NCBI GenBank assembly: GCA_965660945.1
Contig: CBFIBS010000002.1
Span: forward strand, 241,008-305,007
Length of the DNA stretch: 64,000 bases
Direction of reading: 5' to 3'
From: Alphaproteobacteria bacterium
Lineage (GTDB): Bacteria; Pseudomonadota; Alphaproteobacteria; UBA7985
Shown here: piece after piece, positions 47,691-57,426 of the stretch
Position numbering within the stretch: position 1 is the stretch's first letter
How the letters are laid out: each line of letters opens with the position of its first letter
The notes under the pieces: model-generated
What the model saw: only the letters and a program-made list of their open reading frames with translations
Told to the model about the DNA's origin: nothing
Database searches by the model: none
Made by a program: the position numbers and the translations under genes

Positions 47691-48656
47691 TCAGGTCCGC
47701 TGGTAGGCCAGCCGCGCCGCGACCAGATCCTCGATCGCTGAACCACAGTTCTTGAACAGCGTAATCTGGTCGTAGAACCGTCGACCGTCGCGCTCGCCCT
47801 GTGTCAGATCGAACAGATCGGCGGCGACGTCGTCCTCGGTGATGAGGCCATTGTTCATGGGGATGATGAGATCACCGGCTTCGGCCAGCGCCCCGGTGCG
47901 GGTATCGACGAAGATCCGCGCTTTCTGCACCAGTGTGTCGTCGGACTCGCGACTGTCGGGCGAGAACGCGCCCACGAGGTCGACGTGGGTGCCCTCGCGG
48001 ACCCAGTCGCCGAAAATCACCGGCTCGCTGCTCGCCGTGATGCAGGTGACGATATCGGCGCCGGAAACGGCAGCCTCCAGATCATCTGTCACGCCAATGC
48101 TGTTCAGCGCCGAGGCGTCTTCCTGCAGCCGGTAGTTGGCGACGAGTTCTTCCGCGCGCTTAGGCGTCCGGTTCCAGACCAGCACGTCTGAGATCGGCCG
48201 CACCGCGCGATGGGCATCGATGAAGTGCCGGGCCAGCGCCCCGGCGCCGACGATCAGCAGCCGCGACGCGTCGCTGCGCGAGAGGTAGCTCGACGCCAGC
48301 GCCGAAGCAGCCGCCGTGCGTTTCACCGTGATCATCTCCGCTTCGAGAATGCCACGAACCTTGCCCGTCCCCGCGTCGAGGAACAGGTAGACCCCCTGCA
48401 CCATGGGCAGGCCCTTGGCCGGGTTGCCGGTGTTCACCGTCACCATCTTGATCCCGAGGTCACCGTCGACCTGCCACGAAGGCATGTTCAGCAGGATGGT
48501 GGGATCAGCGTGCACGTTCTCGACGTAGAAGCGATTGCGCAGCGGCGCCTGATAGGGTCGCGCGCTGGCCCCCATGCGGAAGGCACGGCGCAGCGCTTCG
48601 ATCAGGCTTTTCTGATCGAGGGCAATTTCGATTTCCGGGGCAGTGATGAAGCGCAT
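47691..48656 (-). CDS. ornithine cyclodeaminase / mu-crystallin family protein
   Basis: 321 aa. It has the Rossmann motif LLIVGAGALA and family-typical length and N-terminal region. Confidence 0.85.
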   Translation of the reverse strand: MRFITAPEIEIALDQKSLIEALRRAFRMGASARPYQAPLRNRFYVENVHADPTILLNMPSWQVDGDLGIKMVTVNTGNPAKGLPMVQGVYLFLDAGTGKVRGILEAEMITVKRTAAASALASSYLSRSDASRLLIVGAGALARHFIDAHRAVRPISDVLVWNRTPKRAEELVANYRLQEDASALNSIGVTDDLEAAVSGADIVTCITASSEPVIFGDWVREGTHVDLVGAFSPDSRESDDTLVQKARIFVDTRTGALAEAGDLIIPMNNGLITEDDVAADLFDLTQGERDGRRFYDQITLFKNCGSAIEDLVAARLAYQRT

Positions 48657-48662
48657 GGGGTG

Positions 48663-49055
48663 TCAGATCGCGGATACGGGTTTCGGGGTAACGTCTTCGG
48701 CGGGCTGCTCGATGGTCCGGAGGCCAGTGACTTCCGCCTCCAGCCGGTCGATGTCAGCCTCGCGGTCGAGCAGGTCGGCGCGGGTGCGGTCGAGGTCGTC
48801 TTCGGTGCGGGACAGCATGCGCCGGGTCTGGCGCAAAGCAGAACGCCGGGAACCGGCTTGGATCCAGACGAACAGCGCCCCGAGCAGGAAGCCAATGATC
48901 GCCGTCGCAGCGATCCACAGCGCCAGCGGCTGCACGATCCCGTCCGGGAACACCACGGCCAGCCGCAGGGTCGCGGGTTCAGTGTTCGAGACCACGAACC
49001 AGACGAGGACCGCGAGGGTCAGCACGGCCAGAATCGAAGACAGAAACCGGAGCAT
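48663..49055 (-). CDS. lapA: LapA/DUF1049 family inner-membrane protein
   Basis: 130 aa with two N-terminal TM helices followed by a coiled-coil-like acidic/basic tail. It has the conserved position downstream of ihfB. Confidence 0.7.
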   Translation of the reverse strand: MLRFLSSILAVLTLAVLVWFVVSNTEPATLRLAVVFPDGIVQPLALWIAATAIIGFLLGALFVWIQAGSRRSALRQTRRMLSRTEDDLDRTRADLLDREADIDRLEAEVTGLRTIEQPAEDVTPKPVSAI

Positions 49056-49174
49056 GGTTCAGCACGCCTCCCAAGCAGCAGATCAGCGCCCGCGGATGCG
49101 GGACGCAGCGAAGTCTCGGCGGGGAAAATGGCAGACTTTCGAGCGCCTTGCCAACCCCCGCCCGGGCCCGACAC

Positions 49175-49199
49175 AAAAAAAGGGAGGCCGGGGCCTCCC
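49175..49199 (-). terminator. Rho-independent terminator of ihfB
   Basis: On the minus strand the sequence is GGGAGGCC-cc-GGCCTCCC, a perfect 8-bp GC stem, followed by TTTTTTT. It lies 31 nt after the ihfB stop. Confidence 0.85.
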
Positions 49200-49229
49200 T
49201 GATCTCTACCGGAGCGGAAACGCCAAGGC

Positions 49230-49517
49230 CTACTCGCTCTTGTCGTTCAGCCGCTCGTGCAGTTGCTTGCCCGTCTTGAAGTACGGGATCGCCTTTTCCG
49301 AAACCTCGACCGGCTCGCCTGAGCGCGGGTTGCGGCCGGTGCGTGCCTTGCGCACCTTCACGGAGAAGGCGCCGAAGCCGCGGAGTTCGATGCGATCACC
49401 CTGGGTCAGGCCCTCGGTGATCTCGTCAAAGACCGTGTTCACGATCTTGGTAATGTCTCTGAGGTAAAGGTGAGGATTATCTGAAGCGACCAGCTGTATA
49501 AGTTCTGATTTCGTCAT
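49230..49517 (-). CDS. ihfB: integration host factor subunit beta
   Basis: 95 aa. The motif MTKSELI...[28 protein letters not shown] is the HU/IHF signature. Confidence 0.93.
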   Translation of the reverse strand: MTKSELIQLVASDNPHLYLRDITKIVNTVFDEITEGLTQGDRIELRGFGAFSVKVRKARTGRNPRSGEPVEVSEKAIPYFKTGKQLHERLNDKSE

Positions 49518-49613
49518 GATGTCCGTATTTCCCCCTGTTTGATCTGATGCGGTTCCTGCACCGGCGCGACTCCGTTGAGCGCCGCGCCGATGCGGGAAAA
49601 GCGGTCGTCAACC

Positions 49614-51293
49614 CTACGAATCACGCCCTTTCTTGAGCGCTTCGCCCAGAATGTCACCGAGCGATGCACCGGAATCCATGGAGCCGTATTCGGCCATGGC
49701 TTCCTGCTCTTCCTCGGTTTCACGGGCTTTGATCGACAGGGAGATCTTGCGGGTCTTCGGATCCATTGCTGTGACCTTGGCATCGACCTTCTCGCCCACG
49801 GCGAAGCGGTCGGTGCGCTGGTCATCGCGGTCACGCGCCAGATCGGAGCGACGGATGAAGCCGGTGACCCCTTCGGTGACCTCAACCTCGATGCCGTTTT
49901 CCTGCACCTGGGTGATGGTCGTGGTCACGATCTGGCCGCGCTTGATGCCGTCGAGGGCGTTGGCAAACGGATCGTCTTCGAGCTGCTTGATGCCCAGAGA
50001 GATACGCTCTTTCTCAACGTCAACGTCGAGAACCTTGGCCGACACCATTGCGCCCTTTTCGAAGTCCTTGACGGCTTCTTCGCCAGAGCGGTTCCAGTCG
50101 ATGTCGGACAGGTGGATCATGCCGTCGATGTCGCCGTCCAGACCAACAAACAGACCAAACTCGGTAATGTTGCGGACTTCGCCACTGATGGTGGAGCCGA
50201 CCGGGTTGGACTCGAGGAAAGCTTCCCATGGGTTGGCCATGGTCTGCTTGAGACCCAGCGAGATCCGACGCTTGGTGGTGTCGACGTCAAGAATAACGAC
50301 TTCCACTTCCTGCGAGGTCGATACGATCTTGCCCGGGTGCACGTTCTTCTTGGTCCAGGACATTTCGGAGACGTGGACGAGGCCCTCGATCCCCGGCATC
50401 AGCTCAACAAAGGCACCGTAGTCGGTGATGTTGGTGACGCGGCCGTTGAACTTGGTGCCAACCGGGAATTCCGCTGCCACGGTCTCCCATGGATCGGCCT
50501 CCAGCTGCTTCATGCCCAGCGAGATACGCTGGGTTTCGCGGTTGAACTTGATCACCTGTACTTCGACCGACTGACCCACGGTCAGCACTTCGGACGGATG
50601 GTTGATGCGGCGCCACGAAATATCCGTGACGTGCAGCAGGCCATCGACACCGCCGAGATCGACGAATGCGCCGTAGTCGGTGATGTTCTTGACCACACCC
50701 TGCAGAACGCTACCTTCTTCGAGGTTCTGGATCAGCTCCTGACGCTGCTCGGCGCGGGCTTCTTCCAGCACCGCACGGCGCGAAACGACGATGTTGCCGC
50801 GCGCCTTGTCCATCTTCAGGATCTGGAAAGGCTGGGCGTTGTTCATCAGGGGTGCAACGTCGCGCACCGGACGGATGTCGACCTGCGAGCCGGGCAGGAA
50901 GGCAACGGCCCCGCCGAGGTCGACGGTGAAGCCACCCTTGACGCGGTTGAAGATAACGCCTTCCACGCGGACGCCGTCGTTGAACTTCTTTTCCAGCTCA
51001 ACCCAGGCTTCTTCGCGACGGGCCTTATCGCGGGACAGCATGACTTCGCCGTCCTTGTTCTCGTAACGCTCGACGAAGACCTCGACGGTGTCGCCGGCTT
51101 TGATGGTCGGCTCCTGGCCGGGCATCGTGAATTCTTTAACCGGCACGCGACCTTCAGATTTGAGGCCGACATCGATGATCACCAGATCATTCTCGATGCT
51201 CAGTACGGTACCGGAGAGGACGGACCCTTCGAGGGTGTCGCCGATTGATTCGTTGAGGAGGTCCTCGAAGGACTCCATGGCGGCTTCTGCCAT
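49614..51293 (-). CDS. rpsA: 30S ribosomal protein S1
   Basis: The ORF track gives 49614..51425. I moved the start to ATG 51293 (MAEAAMESFEDLL). It has six S1 repeats (..G.V..I...GAFV.L.G..GL.H.S..). Confidence 0.97.
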   Translation of the reverse strand: MAEAAMESFEDLLNESIGDTLEGSVLSGTVLSIENDLVIIDVGLKSEGRVPVKEFTMPGQEPTIKAGDTVEVFVERYENKDGEVMLSRDKARREEAWVELEKKFNDGVRVEGVIFNRVKGGFTVDLGGAVAFLPGSQVDIRPVRDVAPLMNNAQPFQILKMDKARGNIVVSRRAVLEEARAEQRQELIQNLEEGSVLQGVVKNITDYGAFVDLGGVDGLLHVTDISWRRINHPSEVLTVGQSVEVQVIKFNRETQRISLGMKQLEADPWETVAAEFPVGTKFNGRVTNITDYGAFVELMPGIEGLVHVSEMSWTKKNVHPGKIVSTSQEVEVVILDVDTTKRRISLGLKQTMANPWEAFLESNPVGSTISGEVRNITEFGLFVGLDGDIDGMIHLSDIDWNRSGEEAVKDFEKGAMVSAKVLDVDVEKERISLGIKQLEDDPFANALDGIKRGQIVTTTITQVQENGIEVEVTEGVTGFIRRSDLARDRDDQRTDRFAVGEKVDAKVTAMDPKTRKISLSIKARETEEEQEAMAEYGSMDSGASLGDILGEALKKGRDS

Positions 51294-51464
51294 TATGTTG
51301 GTTTTCCTGTTGATATCGCCCGACCTGCGAAAAGGCCGGACACTGAACGCCACCAGATCGGCGCGCCCAGGGGTTTGAGTTAAGATGTCATATGAAGGTC
51401 GTTGCCGGGTCTCGGTGGCCTGCACCGAAGCCGGGTTCTCCCCCCGTTGGTCGTCGTGTTTTCG

Positions 51465-52103
51465 TCAACCTGGCCGAGCAGCCTCGAAGATCGCCAGCGC
51501 CTGAGCGAAGACCGCATCGGCCGTCAGCGCTGAGGTATCGATGATCACCGCGTCGGCAGCGGGCTTCAGAGGCGCATCCTTGCGGGTCTCGTCTCTTTCG
51601 TCCCGAACAACCAAGTCGTTGAAAACGCGGTCGTATATAGCGGCAGGGTCGCGTTCCCGCAACTGCAACCACCGCCGTTTGGCCCTGACCTCGCGGGTAG
51701 CCGTAATGTAAAGCTTGCAAGTCGCATAAGGACAGATGACCGTACCGATATCCCGGCCGTCGAGCACGGCACCGCCCTTACCACCGGGGGGCGAGTCGGC
51801 AAAACTGCGCTGAAAATCGACCAGAGCCTGTCGCACCGGGGTCAGTGCAGCCACCCGAGACGCAGCCTCACTGACCGCTGGCGCGCGCAGATCCGGGCGG
51901 TCGAGGTCGGCGGGTCGCAGCGCCTGCGCAAGGGCTTCGAGGGCCTGATCGTCGTCCAGACTGACCCCCTCCCCGAGCGCGCGGGCAGCCACGGCGCGGT
52001 AAAGCAGGCCGCTGTCGAGGTAGGCAAAATCGAGGTGCGCGGCGAGGCGTCGGGCCAGTGTGCCCTTCCCCGCCGCGGCCGGACCGTCGATTGCGATAAT
52101 CAT
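51465..52103 (-). CDS. cmk: (d)CMP kinase
   Basis: 212 aa. It has the P-loop IIAIDGPAAAGKGT and overlaps aroA by 4 nt. Confidence 0.93.
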   Translation of the reverse strand: MIIAIDGPAAAGKGTLARRLAAHLDFAYLDSGLLYRAVAARALGEGVSLDDDQALEALAQALRPADLDRPDLRAPAVSEAASRVAALTPVRQALVDFQRSFADSPPGGKGGAVLDGRDIGTVICPYATCKLYITATREVRAKRRWLQLRERDPAAIYDRVFNDLVVRDERDETRKDAPLKPAADAVIIDTSALTADAVFAQALAIFEAARPG

Positions 52104-53440
52104 GCGATGTCTGCGCCCAGATCGTTGAACAGGGTCACGAAGGTCGGGAACGAGGTCAGGATGCAGTTGCGATCGTCGACACGCATGCCCTTCTCCGCGA
52201 CCATCCCGAGGATCAGCGTCGACATGGCCCGCCGGTGATCGAGCTGGGTCTCGACCAGGCCGCCGCCGGGCACGGGGCCGCCGAGGCCATCGATCTCGAG
52301 CCAGTCCTCGCCTGAGCGCGTGACCACGCCTGCTGCACCGAGCATGTCGATAATGCCAGCGAGGCGGTCGGATTCCTTGACCCGCAGTTCTTCCAGACCC
52401 TCCATCCGGGTGGTGCCGCTGGCCACCGCCGCGGCAACGGAGAGAATCGGGTATTCGTCAATCTGGGAAGGCGCGCGGTCGGCGGGGATCAGGCAGCCCT
52501 TGAGCGATGAAGACTGCACCTGCACGTCGGCGACGGTCTCGCCGGCAACTTCACGCGAGTTCACCAGAGCCAGGTCGGCGCCCATGTCGACTAACGACTG
52601 GAACAGACCGGTGCGGTGTTCGTTCTGCATCACGTTGGTGATGGTCAGGGCCGAGCCGGTTACGATGGTGCCGGCGACGGCGAGGAAGGCGGCAGAACTC
52701 GGGTCACCAGGGACCATGACCGGCGTCGCGCGCAGTTCAGGCTGCCCGGTCAGGGTGATGGCGAGGCCTTCGTTGCTGGCTTCCGAGGTGACGCTGGCGC
52801 CGAAGCCGCGCAGCATGCGCTCGGTGTGGTCGCGGGTCGGAGTCGGCTCGATCAGGGTCGTCTCGCCCGGGGCATTGAGGCCGGCGAGCAGCACCGCTGA
52901 TTTCACCTGCGCCGAAGCCATCGGCGAGACATAGCGCACCGGCATGGCGTCGGCGGTCCCCTGCACAGCCAGCGGCAACCGCCCGCCCGAGCGCGCCATG
53001 AAGCGCGCGCCGAACTGGCTCAGCGGGTCTGTCACCCGGGCCATGGGGCGCTTGTTCAGCGAAGCGTCGCCGAAGACCACAGCCGTCAGATCGTGGGTCG
53101 CCAGCATACCGAGAATCAGCCGGGTCGATGTGCCGGAGTTGCCCATGTCCAGCGGCAGGGCAGGCTCTCGCAGGCCGCCGACCCCGACACCGGAAACCCG
53201 AAAATCATCGCCGTCGCGCTCGATCACAGCGCCGAGGCGCCGCATGGCTTCGGCGGTTGCCACTACATCTTCGCCGGTGAGCAGGCCGCGGATCTCCGTA
53301 TCGCCAACCGCCAGCGTGCCGAACATCAGAGACCGATGCGACATCGACTTGTCGCCGGGGACGCTGACTTCGCCCTTCAATCCTTGTGCAGGGCGGCTCT
53401 GGGCGGGTTCGAGGGGCAGACTGGACATTCGGGGTCTCAC
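52100..53440 (-). CDS. aroA: 3-phosphoshikimate 1-carboxyvinyltransferase
   Basis: 446 aa. EPSP synthase motifs are PGDKSMSHR, LDMGNSGT and VKESDR. Confidence 0.96.
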   Translation of the reverse strand: MRPRMSSLPLEPAQSRPAQGLKGEVSVPGDKSMSHRSLMFGTLAVGDTEIRGLLTGEDVVATAEAMRRLGAVIERDGDDFRVSGVGVGGLREPALPLDMGNSGTSTRLILGMLATHDLTAVVFGDASLNKRPMARVTDPLSQFGARFMARSGGRLPLAVQGTADAMPVRYVSPMASAQVKSAVLLAGLNAPGETTLIEPTPTRDHTERMLRGFGASVTSEASNEGLAITLTGQPELRATPVMVPGDPSSAAFLAVAGTIVTGSALTITNVMQNEHRTGLFQSLVDMGADLALVNSREVAGETVADVQVQSSSLKGCLIPADRAPSQIDEYPILSVAAAVASGTTRMEGLEELRVKESDRLAGIIDMLGAAGVVTRSGEDWLEIDGLGGPVPGGGLVETQLDHRRAMSTLILGMVAEKGMRVDDRNCILTSFPTFVTLFNDLGADIA

Positions 53441-53604
53441 AATTCGGGGGTCGAAGACGATTTAGCATAGGGTGCTGCAAAGGCGAAAAGCACGGCTCAG
53501 CCCAGCCTACCGCATAGCAACAGCGCCAAGGCGGCATTGACACCCGCCCCCGCCTATGGTGCTTGCAGTGGCTTACGAACGCGAAACTGTCGAGGTCGGC
53601 ATTT

Positions 53605-54102
53605 ATGCCTGAATTGGAAGAAGAATACGGTATCAAGCGCATCTGCCAGAGCTGCGGGGCGCGGTACTATGATCTCAATGCGGATCCTGCCATATGTCCG
53701 TCCTGTGGGACCGAGTACGACCCTGAAGCCGTCATGCGCTCCCGCCGGGGCCGCGTGGCCGCCGCAGCCGTCGCCACCGCGAAGGAAGAGGCTGCGCCGG
53801 ATCCTGAACTCGCCGATGCGGAAGAGGCCGAACCAAAGGCCGATGTCGCCGAAGAGGACGAAGACGAGGATGAAAGCGTCAAGGCCGTGGCTCTCGACGA
53901 AGTTGACGAAGACACACTCAAAGACGGCGATACCGATCTGGTCGTGGACGACGATGGCGAAGTTTCGCTCGACGACGACTTTGAGGAAGAAGAAGAGGAC
54001 AACAAGATCGAAGATGACTCGCTGCTCGACGACGACGATGAGCTCGTCGACGGTGGTCTTCCGGTCGATGGTTTCCAATCCGATGAGGATGAATCCATCT
54101 GA
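53605..54102 (+). CDS. TIGR02300 (FYDLN_acid) family zinc-ribbon protein with poly-acidic tail
   Basis: The ORF track gives 53563..54102, with ATG at 53605. The motif is CQSCGARYYDLNADPAICPSCGTEY, followed by an Asp/Glu-rich C-terminus. Confidence 0.8.
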   Translation: MPELEEEYGIKRICQSCGARYYDLNADPAICPSCGTEYDPEAVMRSRRGRVAAAAVATAKEEAAPDPELADAEEAEPKADVAEEDEDEDESVKAVALDEVDEDTLKDGDTDLVVDDDGEVSLDDDFEEEEEDNKIEDDSLLDDDDELVDGGLPVDGFQSDEDESI

Positions 54103-54218
54103 CCCTGAAGGCAGCGGCGCGAAACAGGTGCTGCTGCCGACCCTACCGGTCCTGCCCTGAAAAAGGCTTCGACAAAGCCGATCAGGTTGAGTATGCAGAG
54201 CCCGGTTTCCAGCAGCGT

Positions 54219-54294
<76 letters not shown>

Positions 54295-54578
54295 CTTTCT
54301 TCCCGTTTCTGATCGATTTTCGGCGACTGTGTCTCGGGATAGCTGCCCGTCCGGCACCACTCAACCGTGTCCAAATTCGAATTTTTTATACGATGTATTT
54401 AAATCTCTAGAAATGAGCCGGTTTTCAGATCAAATTTGATCCTGAGAAAGCAACAATTTTTTTTTGACTATCAATTTTTTCCTCCTAAAAAAAGCGATTG
54501 TGAACTGACGTTCTCGAATAAGTTGTAGTAGAGTGACCCTCAGGTCGCCGAGTTACCTAAGTAATCTAGGAGCCTTTA

Positions 54579-54770
54579 ATGAGCATGCGCTTGATCAGGT
54601 CGCTCGACGACCTGAAGTCCGATCTGCTGCGCTCGATCGATGCCATTGAGACCCTGTCCACCCAACCTGCCTGGGCAGAACGATGCAACGTCGACGATGG
54701 CGAGTTTTTTGAAGATCAAAGCGAGCGGCTGAACGATCTGGCGACCCGGGTTGCACAGGCAAACCGCTGA
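54579..54770 (+). CDS. small acidic hypothetical protein (63 aa)
   Basis: The ATG is preceded by AGGAG at 6 nt. An AT-rich leader carries a TTGACT-16-TAAAAA promoter-like pair (54464-54491). I recognise no family. Confidence 0.45.
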   Translation: MSMRLIRSLDDLKSDLLRSIDAIETLSTQPAWAERCNVDDGEFFEDQSERLNDLATRVAQANR

Positions 54771-54877
54771 ATCCTTGCGTCTGCTGGGGTGGTCCTGAGC
54801 CTGGTCTTGAACCTTCTGGTATCAAATTGAACGCTGTTTCGGCTCGGTGTGTTTTGGATCAGAGCACAGCCGTCTAT

Positions 54878-55789
54878 TCACGCGAGCGGCCGCTTGGCCG
54901 TCCTTCTGCCTATGGCCAGCGGCGCAGCGACCGCCAGCGCAACAAGGCAAAGCGCGAACAGGCCGGAGAGCCGCGCCTCGATCCCGAACTGGCTTAGCAT
55001 CGCCGCACTCAGGACGTAGCTCAGCCCAAGTCCCAGCAGGGTGATCACCCCGGCGATCAGCCAGGCCTGCCACAGACGACGCGCGAGGCTCCACGCCCCG
55101 ATGATCGGTGCGCCGAACAGGGCGACGGCGACCACAACCCCGGCCGTGCGCAGGCAAACCGCGCTGGCGGTTGCAACGAGGACAATTTCGAGCCCCCGCA
55201 GGCCAAAGCTGGCCACGGGCGACATGAGGGCGAAGGCCTGCCCGTCCATCAGGCTGCGGTTGAGCAGCGGGTAAGCCGCCAGCGCGAGGAGCAAGGCCAG
55301 CCCCGCCCCGCCCAGCGCGAGCAACAGCTGGTTCGGCGCCGCCGCCCAGGCCCCCGGCCGAAGCAGGTCGGCCGGGCTCAGAACGTCCAGCCACAGGATC
55401 AACTCCAGCGAACCGAACAGGATGTGGTCGAGGTCGATCGCTGCGGTACCGTCCAGCCCACTCAGCGACAGCAAAATCACACCCGCGCCGAAGAACAGCG
55501 GAAACAGCGCGGCGATTTCCACGCTCGCCCCCAGTCGGTGGCGTTGGCGCAGCCAACTGGTCAATCCGAGGAACAGGCTGATGACGGCGATGGCGCCGAT
55601 GAGCATGAGCCAACCATGTTCACCAGAGAGCAGAAACCCCAGCACCATGCCGGGCAAGACGGCATGGCTGGACGCCTCGGAAACCATGATCTGACCCCGC
55701 GGCAGCAGCAGGCTGCCGGCGATGATTGCCGCGACCGCGGCTCCGAACAGGGTGAGCACGATGGGCAGGTCCTGACTGAGCACAATCAT
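54878..55789 (-). CDS. metal (Mn/Fe/Zn) ABC transporter permease (SitD/MntD/TroD-like)
   Basis: The ORF track gives 54878..56143. ATG 55789 overlaps the upstream permease stop (ATGA). It is a multi-TM ABC-3 family-like protein. Confidence 0.85.
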   Translation of the reverse strand: MIVLSQDLPIVLTLFGAAVAAIIAGSLLLPRGQIMVSEASSHAVLPGMVLGFLLSGEHGWLMLIGAIAVISLFLGLTSWLRQRHRLGASVEIAALFPLFFGAGVILLSLSGLDGTAAIDLDHILFGSLELILWLDVLSPADLLRPGAWAAAPNQLLLALGGAGLALLLALAAYPLLNRSLMDGQAFALMSPVASFGLRGLEIVLVATASAVCLRTAGVVVAVALFGAPIIGAWSLARRLWQAWLIAGVITLLGLGLSYVLSAAMLSQFGIEARLSGLFALCLVALAVAAPLAIGRRTAKRPLA

Positions 55790-56634
55790 CGGGCCGGAAC
55801 CCCTTTTCGGCGCAAACCGGCCGCCAGACTCCCCAGCGCCCAGACCACACCGAGGCTCACGACCACCAGTGCCCCCGTGGGCAGCGGCAGCACCCCGGCG
55901 CTGAGCCATCCGGCGACGCCGGACACCAGCCCACCGACCAAGGCCGCCCCCAGCACAAGCCCGTTGAACGATGCCACCCAAGGCCGGACAATCAAGGCAG
56001 GCAGGGTCAGCATGCCGACCAGCAGGGTCAGACCCAGCGCAGGCAGTGCGCTGAGCACCAGCGCCACTGTCGCAACCGCCCACACCAGGTCGAGCCGGGA
56101 TTGCAGGCCTGCGAGGCCGCTGGCGTGCCGGTCCAGCACCCAATCGTGCAAAGCGCGGCGCAGCAGCAGGAACGCCAGCCCCCAGACCAGCAGCAGCACG
56201 AGGGCAGGCAGTACCTTGCCCAGCGTCAACGTGGCGGCATCACCGAGGAGAAGCAGGGTCAGGCCCTTGGTCGAAAACGCACCAGTCGCCTGCACCACAC
56301 TCAGCAGCACAAGGCTGGAGCCGTAGGCCAGCGCGATGGCCAGCGCCTGACCGGCGCCCACCGAATAGCCACGCCAACGCAGGAAGAAGATGAAGCAGAG
56401 GATCAGCCCTGAACTCGCAAAGCCCAGCGCCCAGAGCACCGGCACCGCCAACCACGTCGCCAGACCGAGCCAGACGGTCACGCCCTGCGACAGCACCACG
56501 CCGGAGACGACCCCGTGTCCGGCAACGTCGGCGGTCAGGTTTTCACCGCGCAGGCTGACCAGCGCACCGAAACTGCCGAGCAGCAGCCCGGCGCTCACCA
56601 TACCGACCAGCACGATCAGGGTGTTGTAATCCAT
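55786..56634 (-). CDS. metal (Mn/Fe/Zn) ABC transporter permease (SitC/MntC/TroC-like)
   Basis: 282 aa, multi-TM. It is the second permease of a four-gene cluster-9-type metal uptake operon. Confidence 0.85.
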   Translation of the reverse strand: MDYNTLIVLVGMVSAGLLLGSFGALVSLRGENLTADVAGHGVVSGVVLSQGVTVWLGLATWLAVPVLWALGFASSGLILCFIFFLRWRGYSVGAGQALAIALAYGSSLVLLSVVQATGAFSTKGLTLLLLGDAATLTLGKVLPALVLLLVWGLAFLLLRRALHDWVLDRHASGLAGLQSRLDLVWAVATVALVLSALPALGLTLLVGMLTLPALIVRPWVASFNGLVLGAALVGGLVSGVAGWLSAGVLPLPTGALVVVSLGVVWALGSLAAGLRRKGVPAR

Positions 56635-56655
56635 GGTCCCGGCTCAGTGGCGGGC

Positions 56656-57426
56656 TTAGCGGGCAGAAATGCCGAAGGCGCGTTCGAAGGCGTCCGACGC
56701 CAGCACTGCGTCCGGCGTATCGAGCGCCGTCACGGTCCCGTCCAGCAGCGCCACACGGTCGAACAGGCTGCGCACCTCGCCCAGATTGTGGTGGACGATC
56801 AGCGCGGTTTTGCCCTGAAGCTGAAAATCATCCAGCACCGTGATCAGTGCTTCGCGCGTAGCCGCATCGATGGCCTGAAACGGCTCGTCGAGCAGCATGA
56901 TCTGCGGGTCCTGCGCCAGTGCGCGGGCCAGCAGCACGCGGCGGCGTTGCCCCCCGGACAGCTCGGATAGCGGGCGCGCCGCGAGGTCGGCGATGTTCAG
57001 GCGCTCCAGCGCCGCGTCCACCGCGCGCCAGTCCTCTGCCCCCAGCCGCCCGGTCAGGCCGAGGTGGACCCCCCGCCCCATGGCGACCAGATCCCGGACC
57101 CGGCTGGGAAAGTCCCAGTCGGTCTCGTCGGTCTGCGCGACGAAGGCGACGTGCTGCCGAACGGCCCAGAACGGCCGGTCGAGGAAAGTGGCGCTGCCGG
57201 TTTCGGGCCGGATCAGCCCCAGCATACCTTTGAGCAGGGTAGACTTGCCGGCACCATTGGCACCGATCACAGCCAGACGCTCACCGCGATTGACGCCGAA
57301 GCTCACGTCGTCAACGACCGGCGCGCCGCCGTAGCCCACGCGCAGGCCGGAGACCCGAATAGCCTCATCCACGCTCAGGCTGACATTGCGGTCGGTAATC
57401 ATGAACAGGTTACTCAGCGCGTTCAT
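56656..57426 (-). CDS. metal ABC transporter ATP-binding protein (SitB/MntB-like)
   Basis: 256 aa. It has Walker A GANGAGKST, the signature LSGGQRRR and Walker B MLLDEP. Confidence 0.9.
   Translation of the reverse strand: MNALSNLFMITDRNVSLSVDEAIRVSGLRVGYGGAPVVDDVSFGVNRGERLAVIGANGAGKSTLLKGMLGLIRPETGSATFLDRPFWAVRQHVAFVAQTDETDWDFPSRVRDLVAMGRGVHLGLTGRLGAEDWRAVDAALERLNIADLAARPLSELSGGQRRRVLLARALAQDPQIMLLDEPFQAIDAATREALITVLDDFQLQGKTALIVHHNLGEVRSLFDRVALLDGTVTALDTPDAVLASDAFERAFGISAR

Noticed and set aside
49575-51248. 557-aa plus-strand ORF
   Set aside because: It is antisense to rpsA, which has six clear S1 repeats on the minus strand.
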